Both the position numbers and the translations under genes were made by a program. Below the pieces are notes generated by a model, which was given only the letters and a program-made list of their open reading frames with translations, ran no database searches and was not told the DNA's origin. A stretch of DNA of 64,000 nt from Myxococcota bacterium. Lineage in GTDB: Bacteria; Myxococcota_A; UBA796; CAJQPC01. The DNA is taken from contig JAZAMN010000049.1 in the NCBI GenBank assembly GCA_036229005.1, forward strand, positions 32,001 to 96,000, read 5' to 3'. This document shows, one piece after another, positions 8,575-19,200 of the stretch (positions are counted from its first letter, which is position 1; each line of letters begins with the position of its first letter).

Positions 8575-10401
8575 TCAGTCGTCGAGGCCCTTGAGCTCCA
8601 GGTGCACGGTGACGTCCTCGTCCAGGACCAGGAGCTTCTCGAACATCAGCGCCTGGCCGTCCACCGGCATGGAGATCTCCACCGGGCTGACGCCGGCCTG
8701 GGTGGCGCCGGTCTGGGCCTGGTAGCTCATCTCCATGGCCGCCTGGCCCGCGGAGCCCAGGTACTCACCCTCGGGCGTGACCGGGGTGTTGAACCACTCC
8801 ACCTGACGCAGGCTGCTCTCGGTGGCGCGCTTGCGGACCTTGGCCTCCCAGGGGACGTAGACGCTCCAGCGGTAGTAGGTCACGGGCACGTCGGTCTTGG
8901 GCAGCTCCAGATCCACCATGGCCTGGCCCTTCTCGTCGGGGGCCTGTCCGCCCTCGACGTAGACCAGCTCGACCGTGAACGCCGCCAGCGAGCCGCCGCT
9001 GGCCTGGCTGCGGACCAGGGGCACCAGCACCATGCCGCTCTCATCCACCGCGGGCTTCACGGCCTTGCCGGCGACCTTGGCGCTCCAGATCTCGGAGCCC
9101 TCGGGCATCTCCAGGCGCAGGAACTGGCGGCGGTTGTTGCGCACGTGCCAGGTCACCCGGTTCATGACGCGGCCGTCCGCGGTGACCATGGTCACGGCCT
9201 CGGCGGTGTCGGCGATGGTCACCAGGACGTCGACGTCCTCGTGCTGGGAGACCGAGAGGGGCACCTTGTAGTCGGCGTCGCGGTACTTGTAGCCCAGGAG
9301 CACGGGCTGGTCGGTGCGGCCCAGGATGGAGGCCGGCAGCTCACGCACGTCGATGCGGCGGGCGCCGCTGACCTCGCCCGAGGTGACCTCGATGGTGGAC
9401 AGAGCCGCCACCCCGACGAAGCCCTTCACGCGCTCCACGTCTTGAACCATCAGGGTGGGGACATCCAGATCCTCTCCCCCCTCGGCCAGCGCGCGCTCGT
9501 AGTCGAGCATCAGGCGGTAGCTGCCCAGCGCCTCGAAGTTCAGGTCCACCGTGACGAGCTGCTGCTCACCCTGGGCGGCGACCTTCCACTCGCGGATGCC
9601 GGAGCCGGACACATCCAGCAGGGTCACGTCGCCGGGGATCATCACGGCGAGCTGCTCAACGCCCTGGTGGACGATGGTGTAGTTGACGTCGCTGTGGCCC
9701 ATGACCACGCCCTCGGACACGCCGACCAGGGAATGGACCTCGGCGTAGACGCGGCCCTCCTGGGTCTCGCCCTCTACCTCCTCGATCTCCCGCTGCCAGG
9801 ACACGGAGAGGTTGCCGGTGGCCGGGAGGATGGCCTCCATGTGGCGGAAGTCCCCCTGCCGCTCATCGCGCACGAGCTGGGCGCCGCCGACGGTGAAGGA
9901 CAGGTCCTCTCCCCCGGGGACATCCAACTCCACGGTGGTGCCGCCGCTGGGCGCCATCTGGAAGCTCATGGACGAAGAGCCGTCCGTCTCGAACACCGAG
10001 GTCGCCAGCTCCAGGTTCACCGTGAAGGTGTCGTGGCGGTCGGTCACCAGGGTGTACCAGCCCCCCTGGATGAACACGGGGGCGTTCTCCCGCCCGATGG
10101 TCGCGGACTTGAGGCCCACGGAGGCCGGAGCGATGGGGATGGTGACCCAGCCCTCGGCCTTGTGGACCTGCACCTGGAGGTCCACGTCCCAGAGGGCGGC
10201 GCTGCCGTCGTCGGTGACCTCGCCGCTGTAGGTGGCGGCGTTGATGGACCAGTGGCGCGGCGCGACCTCAGGGACCTTCTCCGGGGCCTTGCCCTGCTCG
10301 TAGAGGGTCTTGAACTCGCTCCAAGGCATCACGACCTTGGCGTCCGGCAGGTCACCGGGTGCCGCCAGGCTGAGGGTGGAGAGCAGCAACATGGGGCTCA
10401 T
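8575..10401 (-). CDS. Secreted hypothetical protein (608 aa, beta-rich); paralog of 10398-12923
   Basis: Signal-like MSPMLLLSTLSLAA; strong GC3 bias; VRNNRRQFLRLEMP motif shared with its neighbour. Confidence 0.85.
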   Translation of the reverse strand: MSPMLLLSTLSLAAPGDLPDAKVVMPWSEFKTLYEQGKAPEKVPEVAPRHWSINAATYSGEVTDDGSAALWDVDLQVQVHKAEGWVTIPIAPASVGLKSATIGRENAPVFIQGGWYTLVTDRHDTFTVNLELATSVFETDGSSSMSFQMAPSGGTTVELDVPGGEDLSFTVGGAQLVRDERQGDFRHMEAILPATGNLSVSWQREIEEVEGETQEGRVYAEVHSLVGVSEGVVMGHSDVNYTIVHQGVEQLAVMIPGDVTLLDVSGSGIREWKVAAQGEQQLVTVDLNFEALGSYRLMLDYERALAEGGEDLDVPTLMVQDVERVKGFVGVAALSTIEVTSGEVSGARRIDVRELPASILGRTDQPVLLGYKYRDADYKVPLSVSQHEDVDVLVTIADTAEAVTMVTADGRVMNRVTWHVRNNRRQFLRLEMPEGSEIWSAKVAGKAVKPAVDESGMVLVPLVRSQASGGSLAAFTVELVYVEGGQAPDEKGQAMVDLELPKTDVPVTYYRWSVYVPWEAKVRKRATESSLRQVEWFNTPVTPEGEYLGSAGQAAMEMSYQAQTGATQAGVSPVEISMPVDGQALMFEKLLVLDEDVTVHLELKGLDD

Positions 10402-12923
10402 TTCGTCTCCCGATAACGAAGGGTCAAGGTGGGGGATTGTCCTGGTTCGAGCAGGCGCTGGGTCACCACCAGGGGCTGGCCATGCTCCGGAACCGGGATG
10501 GCAAGGGTGGTGGCGGCGAGGTCAGGCTGGTTGCGCAGGCTGGGGACCGCGGGCGCGGCGTTCCCTGCCGGAGGGGGCGGCGCAGGCGGGGGTGGCGCGC
10601 TGCTTCGATCCGCCCGGGGGCGCGCGGGCTGGGCAGGAGCAGCAGCTCCGTAGGCCCCGCCCCCGAGGGCGTTGGTGGTGGTGACGCTGACGGAGCCGAC
10701 GACCACGGACTCCAGCTCCACTGGCTCTGCGGCAGGCACGTCGAGGCGCTCCTCGGAGTAGACGACGCTGGGCTCCTCGGGCACCTCGAAGTCGTCTTCG
10801 TCGACGATGAACACGTCCTCGGGGCTGAGCAGCTCGCCTTCGATCTGACCTTCGTCCCAGGCGTATGTGGCGTCTGCTGAGTCGACCACTCCGGCCACTC
10901 GGTCAAGCATCAGGCTCTCGGTCTGGGCCTGCTCCGCGGGCGCCTCCTTGTAGTCGAGCACCGCGTCTCGCGACTTTGCGCGCTTGCGGGCCTCGGCCAG
11001 GCCGCTGCTGGAGCTCCCCCGGTAGTAGTCCTGCTTCTTGGACTCGGCGTGCTCGTAGCGGGCCAGCTCGTCGGACATGCGCTGGACCTGTTCGTAGGTC
11101 TCGATGGCCTCCTCGTAGCGGCCCTCGTTCATCAGGCGCTCGGCCTCCTTGAGGCTCTCCTCCTGCTCGACCTCTTCGTCGGCGACCTTGGCCTTGGCCA
11201 TCTCCTTGACCCGGCGGCTCATGGCCTCATCGGCCTCCGAGCCGGTGGCATCCCGGCCCCCCACATCCCCGCTGAGCACGTCCAGGTTGGTCTGCAGGCG
11301 CTGAGCGTTGGCGTTGTCCGCGTCCAGGCTCAGGGTCTGGTCCACGTAGCTCTGGGCCTTGTCGAAGTCGTTGTCCTGGTAGGCCTCCAGGGCCAGGTTC
11401 CAGGTCTCCCGGGCGGCGAGCTCCTGGCTGCTGGTGGTCGTGGCGTAGACCAGCTCCGTGCTGGACTCCGCGGCCACCCGCGCGCTGCCGCCCTCGATCT
11501 TGCCGCGGTAGCCAGGGGGCAGCCGGGCCACCCACTCCAGGCGCGCGACCGGCGCGTCGTACGCGGGCAAGGTGAGCTCTCGCTCGCCCTTGTGGCCCCA
11601 CTCGGCCTCCTTGGCCAGGAAGGTGAGCTCCACCTGGATGGCGGTCAGCCCGGCCAGGGTCTCCACGGAGCGCTCCAGCGGGACCCCCATTCGGCCATCC
11701 TCCCAGCGAACGGGCGCCACGCCGTCTCCGTTGACCCGCGCCGCCCAGAGCTCGAAGCCGGGGGGCAGGCTCACCCCCAGGAACTGCCGGGACGCGTTCC
11801 GCACGTCCAGGCTGCAGCGCATCAGGGTGCGGCCCTCCACCGACTGGGCGGCCGTGCAGCGGGCGAGATCGACCACCAGCTCCGGACCGTCCAGCGAAGA
11901 GAGCCTGAGGGCCTGGAGCTGCAGGCTTCCGGCGCCCGTCCAGGCCGCAGCAGGGGCGGCGTCCCCCAGGGAGCGGGCCTTTGGGGGGAGCTGTTCGAGG
12001 GCGACGGTCCGCATCCCCTGGGCGCTGGGCTGGAGCAGGGTCTCCGAGTCCCCGGCGAGGGTCAGGCTGTAGGTGGTGCCGCCCGACTCCGTGGGCTCCG
12101 GGTGCTGCACGGTGGCCTGCTTGCCGCTGAAGGTCTGGCGCCACTCCACCTGCACTTCGAAGGCGCCCTCCACCTCGGCCAGGGGCTCGATGGTGAGGGT
12201 CTGGCCGCTCTGCTCCCAGCGGGCGACGGCGGAGCCACTCAGCATGACCTCGCTGGCACCAGGGGGCAGCCTCAAGTGGAGGGTGGACAGGCTGCCCTGA
12301 CGGAGCTCCCACCGAACCCGGCTGCGCTGCCGGATCGCTCCCTCCTCCAACCACGCGGCCGACTGGACCTCGGCCCGGACGACGCGGCGATGCTCGACCA
12401 CCTGCTCCCGAGCGGGCTCCCAGCGCAGGGTGACCTTGGAGCGGGGGGCGATGGTCCCCTGGGGCTGGCCATCCACCCAGGCGTCCAACTGCTCGCCCCG
12501 GACGTGGACCTGCTGGCGCGGCGCCTGGGCGACGTAGAGCTGGGAGAGCCCCCCGGCGCTGCCCTGCCCCGGGAGCGTGCCCTGGACGCGGATCTCCTGG
12601 TCGGCCTGCAGGAAGCCGGTGAACCACCAGTTCCCGTCCGGGCCCTGGTGCAGCGGCAGGTTGTGCTCCCGGAGGAACACGCGGCCGTCCAGTACGGGAA
12701 GGCTGACCCAGGCCGGGCGCAGAGGGTGGATCAACACGCGGATCTCCACACCCACCTGCTCAGCACCCGGCGTGATCTCCAGCGCCGACTCCGTGGCGAG
12801 CCAGGCCACGGGCGCCTGCTCCTGGACCACGGGCTCCGGCTGATCCCAGATCTGGTCGATGGGCGCGACGACGTGGGCCGACTGGGCGAGGGCGCTCAAG
12901 CTGTACAGGATGGAGAGCTTCAT
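10398..12923 (-). CDS. Secreted hypothetical protein (841 aa) with a TPR insertion and Pro-rich segment
   Basis: Signal-like MKLSILYSLSALAQSA; VRNASRQFLGVSLP motif; TPR-like ALEAYQDNDFDKAQ and GRYEEAIETYEQ; ATGA overlap with the downstream gene. Confidence 0.8.
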   Translation of the reverse strand: MKLSILYSLSALAQSAHVVAPIDQIWDQPEPVVQEQAPVAWLATESALEITPGAEQVGVEIRVLIHPLRPAWVSLPVLDGRVFLREHNLPLHQGPDGNWWFTGFLQADQEIRVQGTLPGQGSAGGLSQLYVAQAPRQQVHVRGEQLDAWVDGQPQGTIAPRSKVTLRWEPAREQVVEHRRVVRAEVQSAAWLEEGAIRQRSRVRWELRQGSLSTLHLRLPPGASEVMLSGSAVARWEQSGQTLTIEPLAEVEGAFEVQVEWRQTFSGKQATVQHPEPTESGGTTYSLTLAGDSETLLQPSAQGMRTVALEQLPPKARSLGDAAPAAAWTGAGSLQLQALRLSSLDGPELVVDLARCTAAQSVEGRTLMRCSLDVRNASRQFLGVSLPPGFELWAARVNGDGVAPVRWEDGRMGVPLERSVETLAGLTAIQVELTFLAKEAEWGHKGERELTLPAYDAPVARLEWVARLPPGYRGKIEGGSARVAAESSTELVYATTTSSQELAARETWNLALEAYQDNDFDKAQSYVDQTLSLDADNANAQRLQTNLDVLSGDVGGRDATGSEADEAMSRRVKEMAKAKVADEEVEQEESLKEAERLMNEGRYEEAIETYEQVQRMSDELARYEHAESKKQDYYRGSSSSGLAEARKRAKSRDAVLDYKEAPAEQAQTESLMLDRVAGVVDSADATYAWDEGQIEGELLSPEDVFIVDEDDFEVPEEPSVVYSEERLDVPAAEPVELESVVVGSVSVTTTNALGGGAYGAAAPAQPARPRADRSSAPPPPAPPPPAGNAAPAVPSLRNQPDLAATTLAIPVPEHGQPLVVTQRLLEPGQSPTLTLRYRETK

Positions 12924-13054
12924 GGGTTCGCTCCGACAACGCGTGACGCTTGGGGGTCCTTACACCGCTTCTTGAAACCCCCCGGTGAAAGGCAGGCCGG
13001 GTGCTCCGTCACTGTGTTACCCGCTGGGCTTTGAGATCGCTTCCGGGAGCAGGA

Positions 13055-14383
13055 ATGTCCAAGGCCAACATCACCCCCCCCTACCCCACTGGAGAGGCCG
13101 CTGCGGTCGCACGCAAGGCGGCTCTGAGCCCCCTCGCCGCAGGCATGGGCGGTTCCCGGATCCTGGCGATCGCGGCGGAGGTCCGGACGATGCTGGCCCA
13201 GGGCCACACCGTCTGCAACCTGACCGTCGGTGACTTCTCCCCAGAGCACTTCAAGGCGCCCGAGGTCTTCCGGCAGAACCTGGTCGAAGAGGTCCAGGCC
13301 GGACACACCAACTACCCGCCCAGCGACGGCACCCCCGAGCTCAAGCAGGCCATCGTCGACATGTACAAGCGGCGGCTGGGCATCGAGTTCCCCATCGAGT
13401 CGGTGTTCATCGGCTCCGGCGCCCGCCCGCCCCTGTTCTCGGCCTACGCCAGCTTCCTGGATCCCGGCGACGTGCTGCTCTACGCCGCGCCGAGCTGGAA
13501 CAACCACTACTACACCTACCTGAACCAGGCCGAGGCCGTGGTGATCCAGACCCGCTCCGAGGATGGCTTCATGCCCACTCTGGAGCAGATCCGCCCCCAC
13601 CTGTCCACCGCCCGTCTGCTGCACTTGAACTCTCCGCTGAACCCCACCGGGACCTGCATCGGCCAGCAGCAGATCCGCGAGATCGCCCAGGCCATCGTGG
13701 ATGAGAACCGCCGCCGGGAGGCCGCGGGTGAGAAGTCGCTGCTGATGATCTACGACATGGTGTACTGGATGCTCACCTACGGGGACACCGAGCACCACGA
13801 CCCCATCCGCGAGGTCCCCGAGGTCGCCCCCTACGTGGTCTACGTGGACGCCATCTCCAAGAACCTGGCCGCCACCGGCCTGCGCGTCGGCTGGGGCATG
13901 TGCCCCCCCTACCTGCAGACCGCCTTCAAGGCCCTGGTGGGTCACACCGGCGCCTGGGCTCCCCGCCCCGAGCAGCTCGCCACCGCGTCCTTCTTCAACG
14001 ACGACGACGCGCTGCAGGCCTGGCTGGACAGCTTCCGCGGCGCGCTGCAGGCCCGCCTGGACCTGATCCACAGCCGCTTCGAGGCCATGGCCGCCGATGG
14101 ACTGCCCGTGGAGGCCATCCACCCCCAGGGCGCCATCTACCTGAGCGTCCGCGTCGACCTGCTCGGCCGCACCCTGGCCAACGGCAGCACCATCCACTCC
14201 AGCGAGGACATCCGAAGCTTCCTGCTGCAGGAGGCGGGTGTCGCCGTGGTGCCCTTCGAGGCCTTTGGCCTGGAGGACGCCCAGGGCTGGCTGCGCATGA
14301 GCGTCGGCGCCGTGGGCATGGAGGAGCTGGCCGCTGGCCTGGACCGCCTGGAGCAGGCGATCCGCAAGGCGCTGGGCAAGTAG
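13055..14383 (+). CDS. PLP-dependent class I/II aminotransferase (aspartate aminotransferase-like)
   Basis: SPLNPTG, DMVY, AISKNLAATGLRVGW (PLP lysine) and WLRMS. Confidence 0.92.
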   Translation: MSKANITPPYPTGEAAAVARKAALSPLAAGMGGSRILAIAAEVRTMLAQGHTVCNLTVGDFSPEHFKAPEVFRQNLVEEVQAGHTNYPPSDGTPELKQAIVDMYKRRLGIEFPIESVFIGSGARPPLFSAYASFLDPGDVLLYAAPSWNNHYYTYLNQAEAVVIQTRSEDGFMPTLEQIRPHLSTARLLHLNSPLNPTGTCIGQQQIREIAQAIVDENRRREAAGEKSLLMIYDMVYWMLTYGDTEHHDPIREVPEVAPYVVYVDAISKNLAATGLRVGWGMCPPYLQTAFKALVGHTGAWAPRPEQLATASFFNDDDALQAWLDSFRGALQARLDLIHSRFEAMAADGLPVEAIHPQGAIYLSVRVDLLGRTLANGSTIHSSEDIRSFLLQEAGVAVVPFEAFGLEDAQGWLRMSVGAVGMEELAAGLDRLEQAIRKALGK

Positions 14384-14402
14384 CCCGAGCAGGCAGCGTG
14401 GT

Positions 14403-14873
14403 TCACGGAGGCGCTCTGGCTGCCTCCAGCGCGTGGCCCTCGGTGAAGAAGGCCACGTGTTGCACCAATCCCGCTTCCATATCGATGAGCAGCAGCCCGT
14501 CTGGCTCGAACACGAACCAGTATTCGAGGAGCTGCCTGCGCGTAGGCGCGTAGCCCACGTCCGGTGCCAGATCCCCGGTCTTGACCTCGGCGATGTAGCG
14601 CAGCCCATCCCGCTCCACGAGCAGGTCCGCGCGCACACCGACCTCGATCACCTCGCCGTCGACCACAAGCTCCCAGGAGCCGCGTAGCTGCCGTTCCAGG
14701 ACGGTGAACCCCTCCTGTTCGAGCAAGTCCTCCGCCTCCTCCTCCCCAGAGAGGGCGCGTCCATTGCGGGCCCGGCTGCGACGCGAGCCCCGAGTGCTGG
14801 CCCGCCACCACATCAGCGCCGCCAACCCAAAGAGGCCGGCGAGCAGCAACAGCAGCAGTTCCTGAATGCTCAT
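14403..14873 (-). CDS. Membrane-anchored PD-(D/E)XK nuclease-fold protein
   Basis: N-terminal hydrophobic helix; GEEEA...RADLLV...IAEVKTG...RRQLLEY. Confidence 0.6.
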   Translation of the reverse strand: MSIQELLLLLLAGLFGLAALMWWRASTRGSRRSRARNGRALSGEEEAEDLLEQEGFTVLERQLRGSWELVVDGEVIEVGVRADLLVERDGLRYIAEVKTGDLAPDVGYAPTRRQLLEYWFVFEPDGLLLIDMEAGLVQHVAFFTEGHALEAARAPP

Positions 14874-14950
14874 GCATCCAATGGAACACGGGCAGAGACC
14901 AAAAATTGTCCGGGGGATCCCGCCGCGGCCAAAAAAGATAGGAGCGCCCC

Positions 14951-15631
14951 ATGTCGTTGATCCTCCGCCGCGAGACCGACTGGCTATGGCTGCTCAAGCC
15001 CGCCGGGCTCCCGGTCTTCCCGCTGCACCGTGACCCCGGGTCGGACTGCGTCCTCAAGCGCCTGCTGGCCGAGCTCCCGGAGCAGGGGGAGTGCGCGTGG
15101 CCCGAGGGCTTTGAAGGGGGCCTGGCCCACCGCCTGGACATCCCGACCTCCGGGCTCGTGTTGGCCGCTCGGTCCGGCGAGGCACTGCTGTCCGCACGCG
15201 CTGCGTTCAGCGCCAAGGCCCTGACCAAGACCTACCGCTTCCTCAGCGGCGGGGAGCTGGACCACGACCAACTCAGCGCGGACGGGCGCTGCACACTCCC
15301 CATCGCCCACCACCCCAAGAGCCGCCGAAAGATGGTGGTCCAGCGCCACGCGCGCACCCGCTGCCGGGGCAAGTGGTACCCGGCGGACACGCGCTTCCGA
15401 CACCTGGGCGGGCGGCGCTATGAGGCGGTGATCGTCACCGGGGTCATGCACCAGATCCGCGTCCACGCCGCCCACTGTGGCGTCCCGCTGCTGGGAGACA
15501 CCCTCTACGGAGGACAGGCCCTGCCAGCGGAGTCCGCCGGTTCAGGGCCTGCCTTCTACCTGCACCACGCCCACCTGGCGGGGCTGGGGTCCTGCCCCTT
15601 CACCCCACCGCCGGTGGACTGGCCAGCCTGA
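14951..15631 (+). CDS. RluA-family pseudouridine synthase
   Basis: KPAGL, HRLDIPTSG (catalytic Asp), TGVMHQIRVH and GDTLYG. Confidence 0.9.
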   Translation: MSLILRRETDWLWLLKPAGLPVFPLHRDPGSDCVLKRLLAELPEQGECAWPEGFEGGLAHRLDIPTSGLVLAARSGEALLSARAAFSAKALTKTYRFLSGGELDHDQLSADGRCTLPIAHHPKSRRKMVVQRHARTRCRGKWYPADTRFRHLGGRRYEAVIVTGVMHQIRVHAAHCGVPLLGDTLYGGQALPAESAGSGPAFYLHHAHLAGLGSCPFTPPPVDWPA

Positions 15632-15646
15632 GCGCTGCGCCGCGGA

Positions 15647-16117
15647 CTACTCGGCGTCGAGCTCCTCGAGGCGGTGGTCGACGGCCGCGAGCACGGTCTT
15701 GCGGTTCTTGTTGGCCAGCTCCCAGCGCTGCACGCAGAGGACGCCGACGCGGTCGAGCTCCTTGACGGCGGCGATGGCGCTTTTGGCGTTGAGCTCCTCG
15801 TAGCCCTCCACCGGGATGGCGGTCACCAGCTCCAGGCGGCTGTGGACCAGGCGCTCGGCGTTGTCGGCGACGCTGCTGATGACGGGCAGCTCCTCGGCCT
15901 TCTCGAGCAGCTCTTCCGCGCGCTCCAGGGTCTTGATCTGACCGCGCCACAGGCGCTCACGGCCCTCGCTCTCCAGGCGCTTGGCGCGGCCCTGCAGCTC
16001 GGCACGGACCTGCTCTCCGCGGGTGCGGAGGCGCTCAGGGGCATCCTTGAGGCGCTCGGGCGCCTGGCGCAGACGCTCGGGGGCACTCCTGACGGCCTCG
16101 GTCACTGCTTCCAACAT
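15647..16117 (-). CDS. Hypothetical helical protein with APERL repeats and a conserved C-terminal PVEGYEEL...ANKNRKTVL domain
   Basis: GGAGG RBS; amphipathic/coiled-coil composition; C-terminal motif recognisable from phasin-like or unknown proteins. Confidence 0.75.
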   Translation of the reverse strand: MLEAVTEAVRSAPERLRQAPERLKDAPERLRTRGEQVRAELQGRAKRLESEGRERLWRGQIKTLERAEELLEKAEELPVISSVADNAERLVHSRLELVTAIPVEGYEELNAKSAIAAVKELDRVGVLCVQRWELANKNRKTVLAAVDHRLEELDAE

Positions 16118-16260
16118 GCTTCCTCCACGGAAATGAACGACCATTCAGTCGGGGTTCGCCCTGTAGGTACTCACGGATCCCCCCAAGGTCAAGCGCCATT
16201 TGACGGGCACTATCTGCGAGCGGCTTGCACTCCAGCCCTGGCTGTGGCATCGCGAGAGGC

Positions 16261-19200
16261 GTGCCGACCTCACCGCCCCCCTTGCCCAGCCGCTACACCT
16301 GCCTCCACCGCCTGGGGACGGGCACGACCGCCCAGGTCTACCTGGCCCGCGACGAGGTGAACCAGCAGCAGGTCGCCTTCAAGGTCGTACGGCAGAACCT
16401 GGCCCTGCACCGCCGCTTCCGCGCCCGCTTCGCCCGCGAGGTCTCCCTCAGCGCGCGCCTGGTCCACCCCCACCTGGTGCCCGTCCATGACGCGGGCACC
16501 CTCAGCGATGGCCGCCCCTTCGTCGCGATGGCCTACGCGGATCAAGGCAACCTCAGCGACCTGCTGCGCCAGGGCCTGCGCACCACCCGCCTGCTCAAGC
16601 TCTGCGAGCAGGTCTGCCGTGCCCTCGCCGCCCTGCACAGCCGGGGCTTCCTGCACCTGGATCTCAAACCCGAGAACGTGCTGGTCCACACCGACTCCGA
16701 GGGTCAGCCCGCCGCCTGGCTCTCCGACCTGGGCATCGCCGACGAGGTCAGCGACCTGCTGCGATCCGCCCAGCGCAGCGCCGGCACCCCCACCTTCATG
16801 GCCCCCGAGCAGCTCCGTGGACACACCCAGGAGCTGGGCCCCTGGACCGATCTCTTCGCGGTGGGCCTGATCCTCCACGAGGCCCTGGGCGGCGTACGCG
16901 AAGACAGCATGCTCCCCGCCGAGCTCCTGGACCTGCGCCTGCGCGGCATGCCTGAGCTGGAGCCCCAGAGGGGCATCCCCGAAGAGCTCATCGTCCTGGT
17001 GCGCAACCTGCTGGATCCCGAGCCGCGCCAGCGCTACGACCGCGCCGCCGATGTCCGCCGACTGATCCGCGCCATCCGCAAGTCCATGGCCGAGGACGAC
17101 CCGGAGCTGCGCCTGGACCTCTCCGACGGTGAGTGGTCGATGATGGACCAGACCGGCCCCCTCCCCGGTGAGGCCTTCGTCGAGGAGGAGCCCGAGGCCC
17201 CCGTCGCTCTGCGCTGGAACCGCGTGCCCCCCGGCCGCCTTCCCAAGACCCCGCCCCTGCGCCCCCCCGCCGCGCCTCCCCCCGCATCCCTGGCCCTGCT
17301 GGCCCTGCGCGAGCGCCCCCTGGAGGAGCGCGACGCCGAGGTGCTCGAGGTCTGGTCCCAGGCCCACGAGGTCGTGGACACCCAGTCCGCCCGGGTGGTG
17401 CTGCTGACCGGTGGCGCGGGCTCGGGAAAGACCGCCTTCGCCAGGAACATCGGCCGGGTCCTGGAGGAGGGCGGCTGGATGGACGTGGTCACCCTGCGCT
17501 ACCACGAGCCCCCCAGCGCCGACGACGGGAGCACCGGCGCGGTCAGCGGCCTGCTGCTGCCCTGGCAGGACACCACCCAGGACCTCCAGGATCGCCTCTG
17601 TCGCTGGATCGCCCGCGACCGCGAGACCACCCTGGACCGCGTGAAGAACGAGGCCCGCGTGCTCACCCGCTGGTGCGGTCACAGCGGCGAGGGTCCCCCA
17701 CCTGATGCCGCCGTGGGGCTTCACTACCTGGTCCGCCACCTGGACCGCCGGGCCTGGCGCGGCGGGTCCTGCCTGATCCTGGATGACGCCCACCTGGCCC
17801 AGGAGCTCGGCGAGGGCCTCTCCCTGGCCGAGGCCATCCTGGAGGGCGCCATGGGCCGCCGCCCTCTGTTGGTCGTGGTGACCCTGGACAGCGAGGCCCT
17901 GGAGGGAAGCCTGGCCGAGCGCGTGGACAGCCTCGTTTCCCGCGGCGCCACCCGCATCGAGCTGCAACCCCTGGGGGCCGAGGCCGCCCAGCGCATGCTG
18001 GAGAAGAGCTACCAGGTCGCCCCCGAGCTGGCCGAGCGCCTGGCGCACTACATGCCCAACCACCCCTTCTATGCCGGGGCCTTGCTGCGGGATCTCGCCG
18101 CCCGCGGACACCTCGACACCACAGAAGCGGGGGAGCTGGTGTTGAAGGAGGGGAAGCAGCTCGCGAACCTGATCCCCCCATCGCTGGAGAAGCTGTTCTC
18201 TTCGCGCCTCCAGGCAGCTCTGTATGCAGCCGAGGACAACGAGGCCGCGAACCTGGCCCTGGCCGCCATCGCCCTGGCCGGCCCCCGGCCCCCCGTGGCT
18301 GTCATCAAGCACATCTCCGAGGGCGGCGTGGACTCCCTGATGGCCAGCGGCCTGGTCCTCCAGGAGGCCGGGATGCTGCGCTTCGAGGAGCAGCGCCTGC
18401 GCGCGGTGGCCATCGACCACGCCCACAAGCACGCCAACGTTCCCGCCATCCACGCCTCCCTGGCGCAGGGGTGGGCCGCCCTGGGCGAGCGCACGGGCGC
18501 GATCGTCGACCTGCCGCTCGGGCGCCACCGCCTCCGCGCCGGTCAGCACCGCCGGGCCGTCCCCCTGCTCCTGCGCAGCGCCCGCCACCTGCTCGCCTCC
18601 AACCGCTACGCCGCCGCCGGGCGGGCCGCTGGGCTCGCCGGAGAGGCCGCCGATGCACTGGACACCCTCTCCCAACGCCAGGAAGCCCGCCGGCTCCAGG
18701 CCGAGGCCCTGCTGGGACTGGAGCGCACCGACGAGGCCCTGGAGAAGGTCCGCGAGGCCCGGCAGCTCGGCAAGGGCGAGCGCCTCGTGCGCGCCCGCAT
18801 GGTCTCCCTGGAGGCCCGCATCAACCTGGAGCTGGGCCGCAGCGAGCGGGCCGCCGAGCTCGCCGAGAGCGCCTTCCAGGGCTTCTGGGCGCTGCGCGAT
18901 CGCGAGGGCCAGGCCGAGGTCGCGCTGCTCCGCGGACAGCTCGCCCGCGCCGAGAACCGCCTCAAGGACGCCGTCGAGCAGTTCGAGCTGGTCCTGAGCC
19001 ACCGCCCCGTCTGGCACCCCAGCACCGTGGCCGCGCTCTCCGCCCTGGCCGAGCTCTGCCTTCACCAGGGCCAGCCCAAGCGCGCCCGCCGGGCCGTACA
19101 CCACCTGGCAGACGCCGCGCGCCGCACCGGCAACACCCGCATCTCCTCGGCCGCCAACTTCGCCGCCGGGCGCGTCATGCTCGCCGAGGGCCACTACGAA

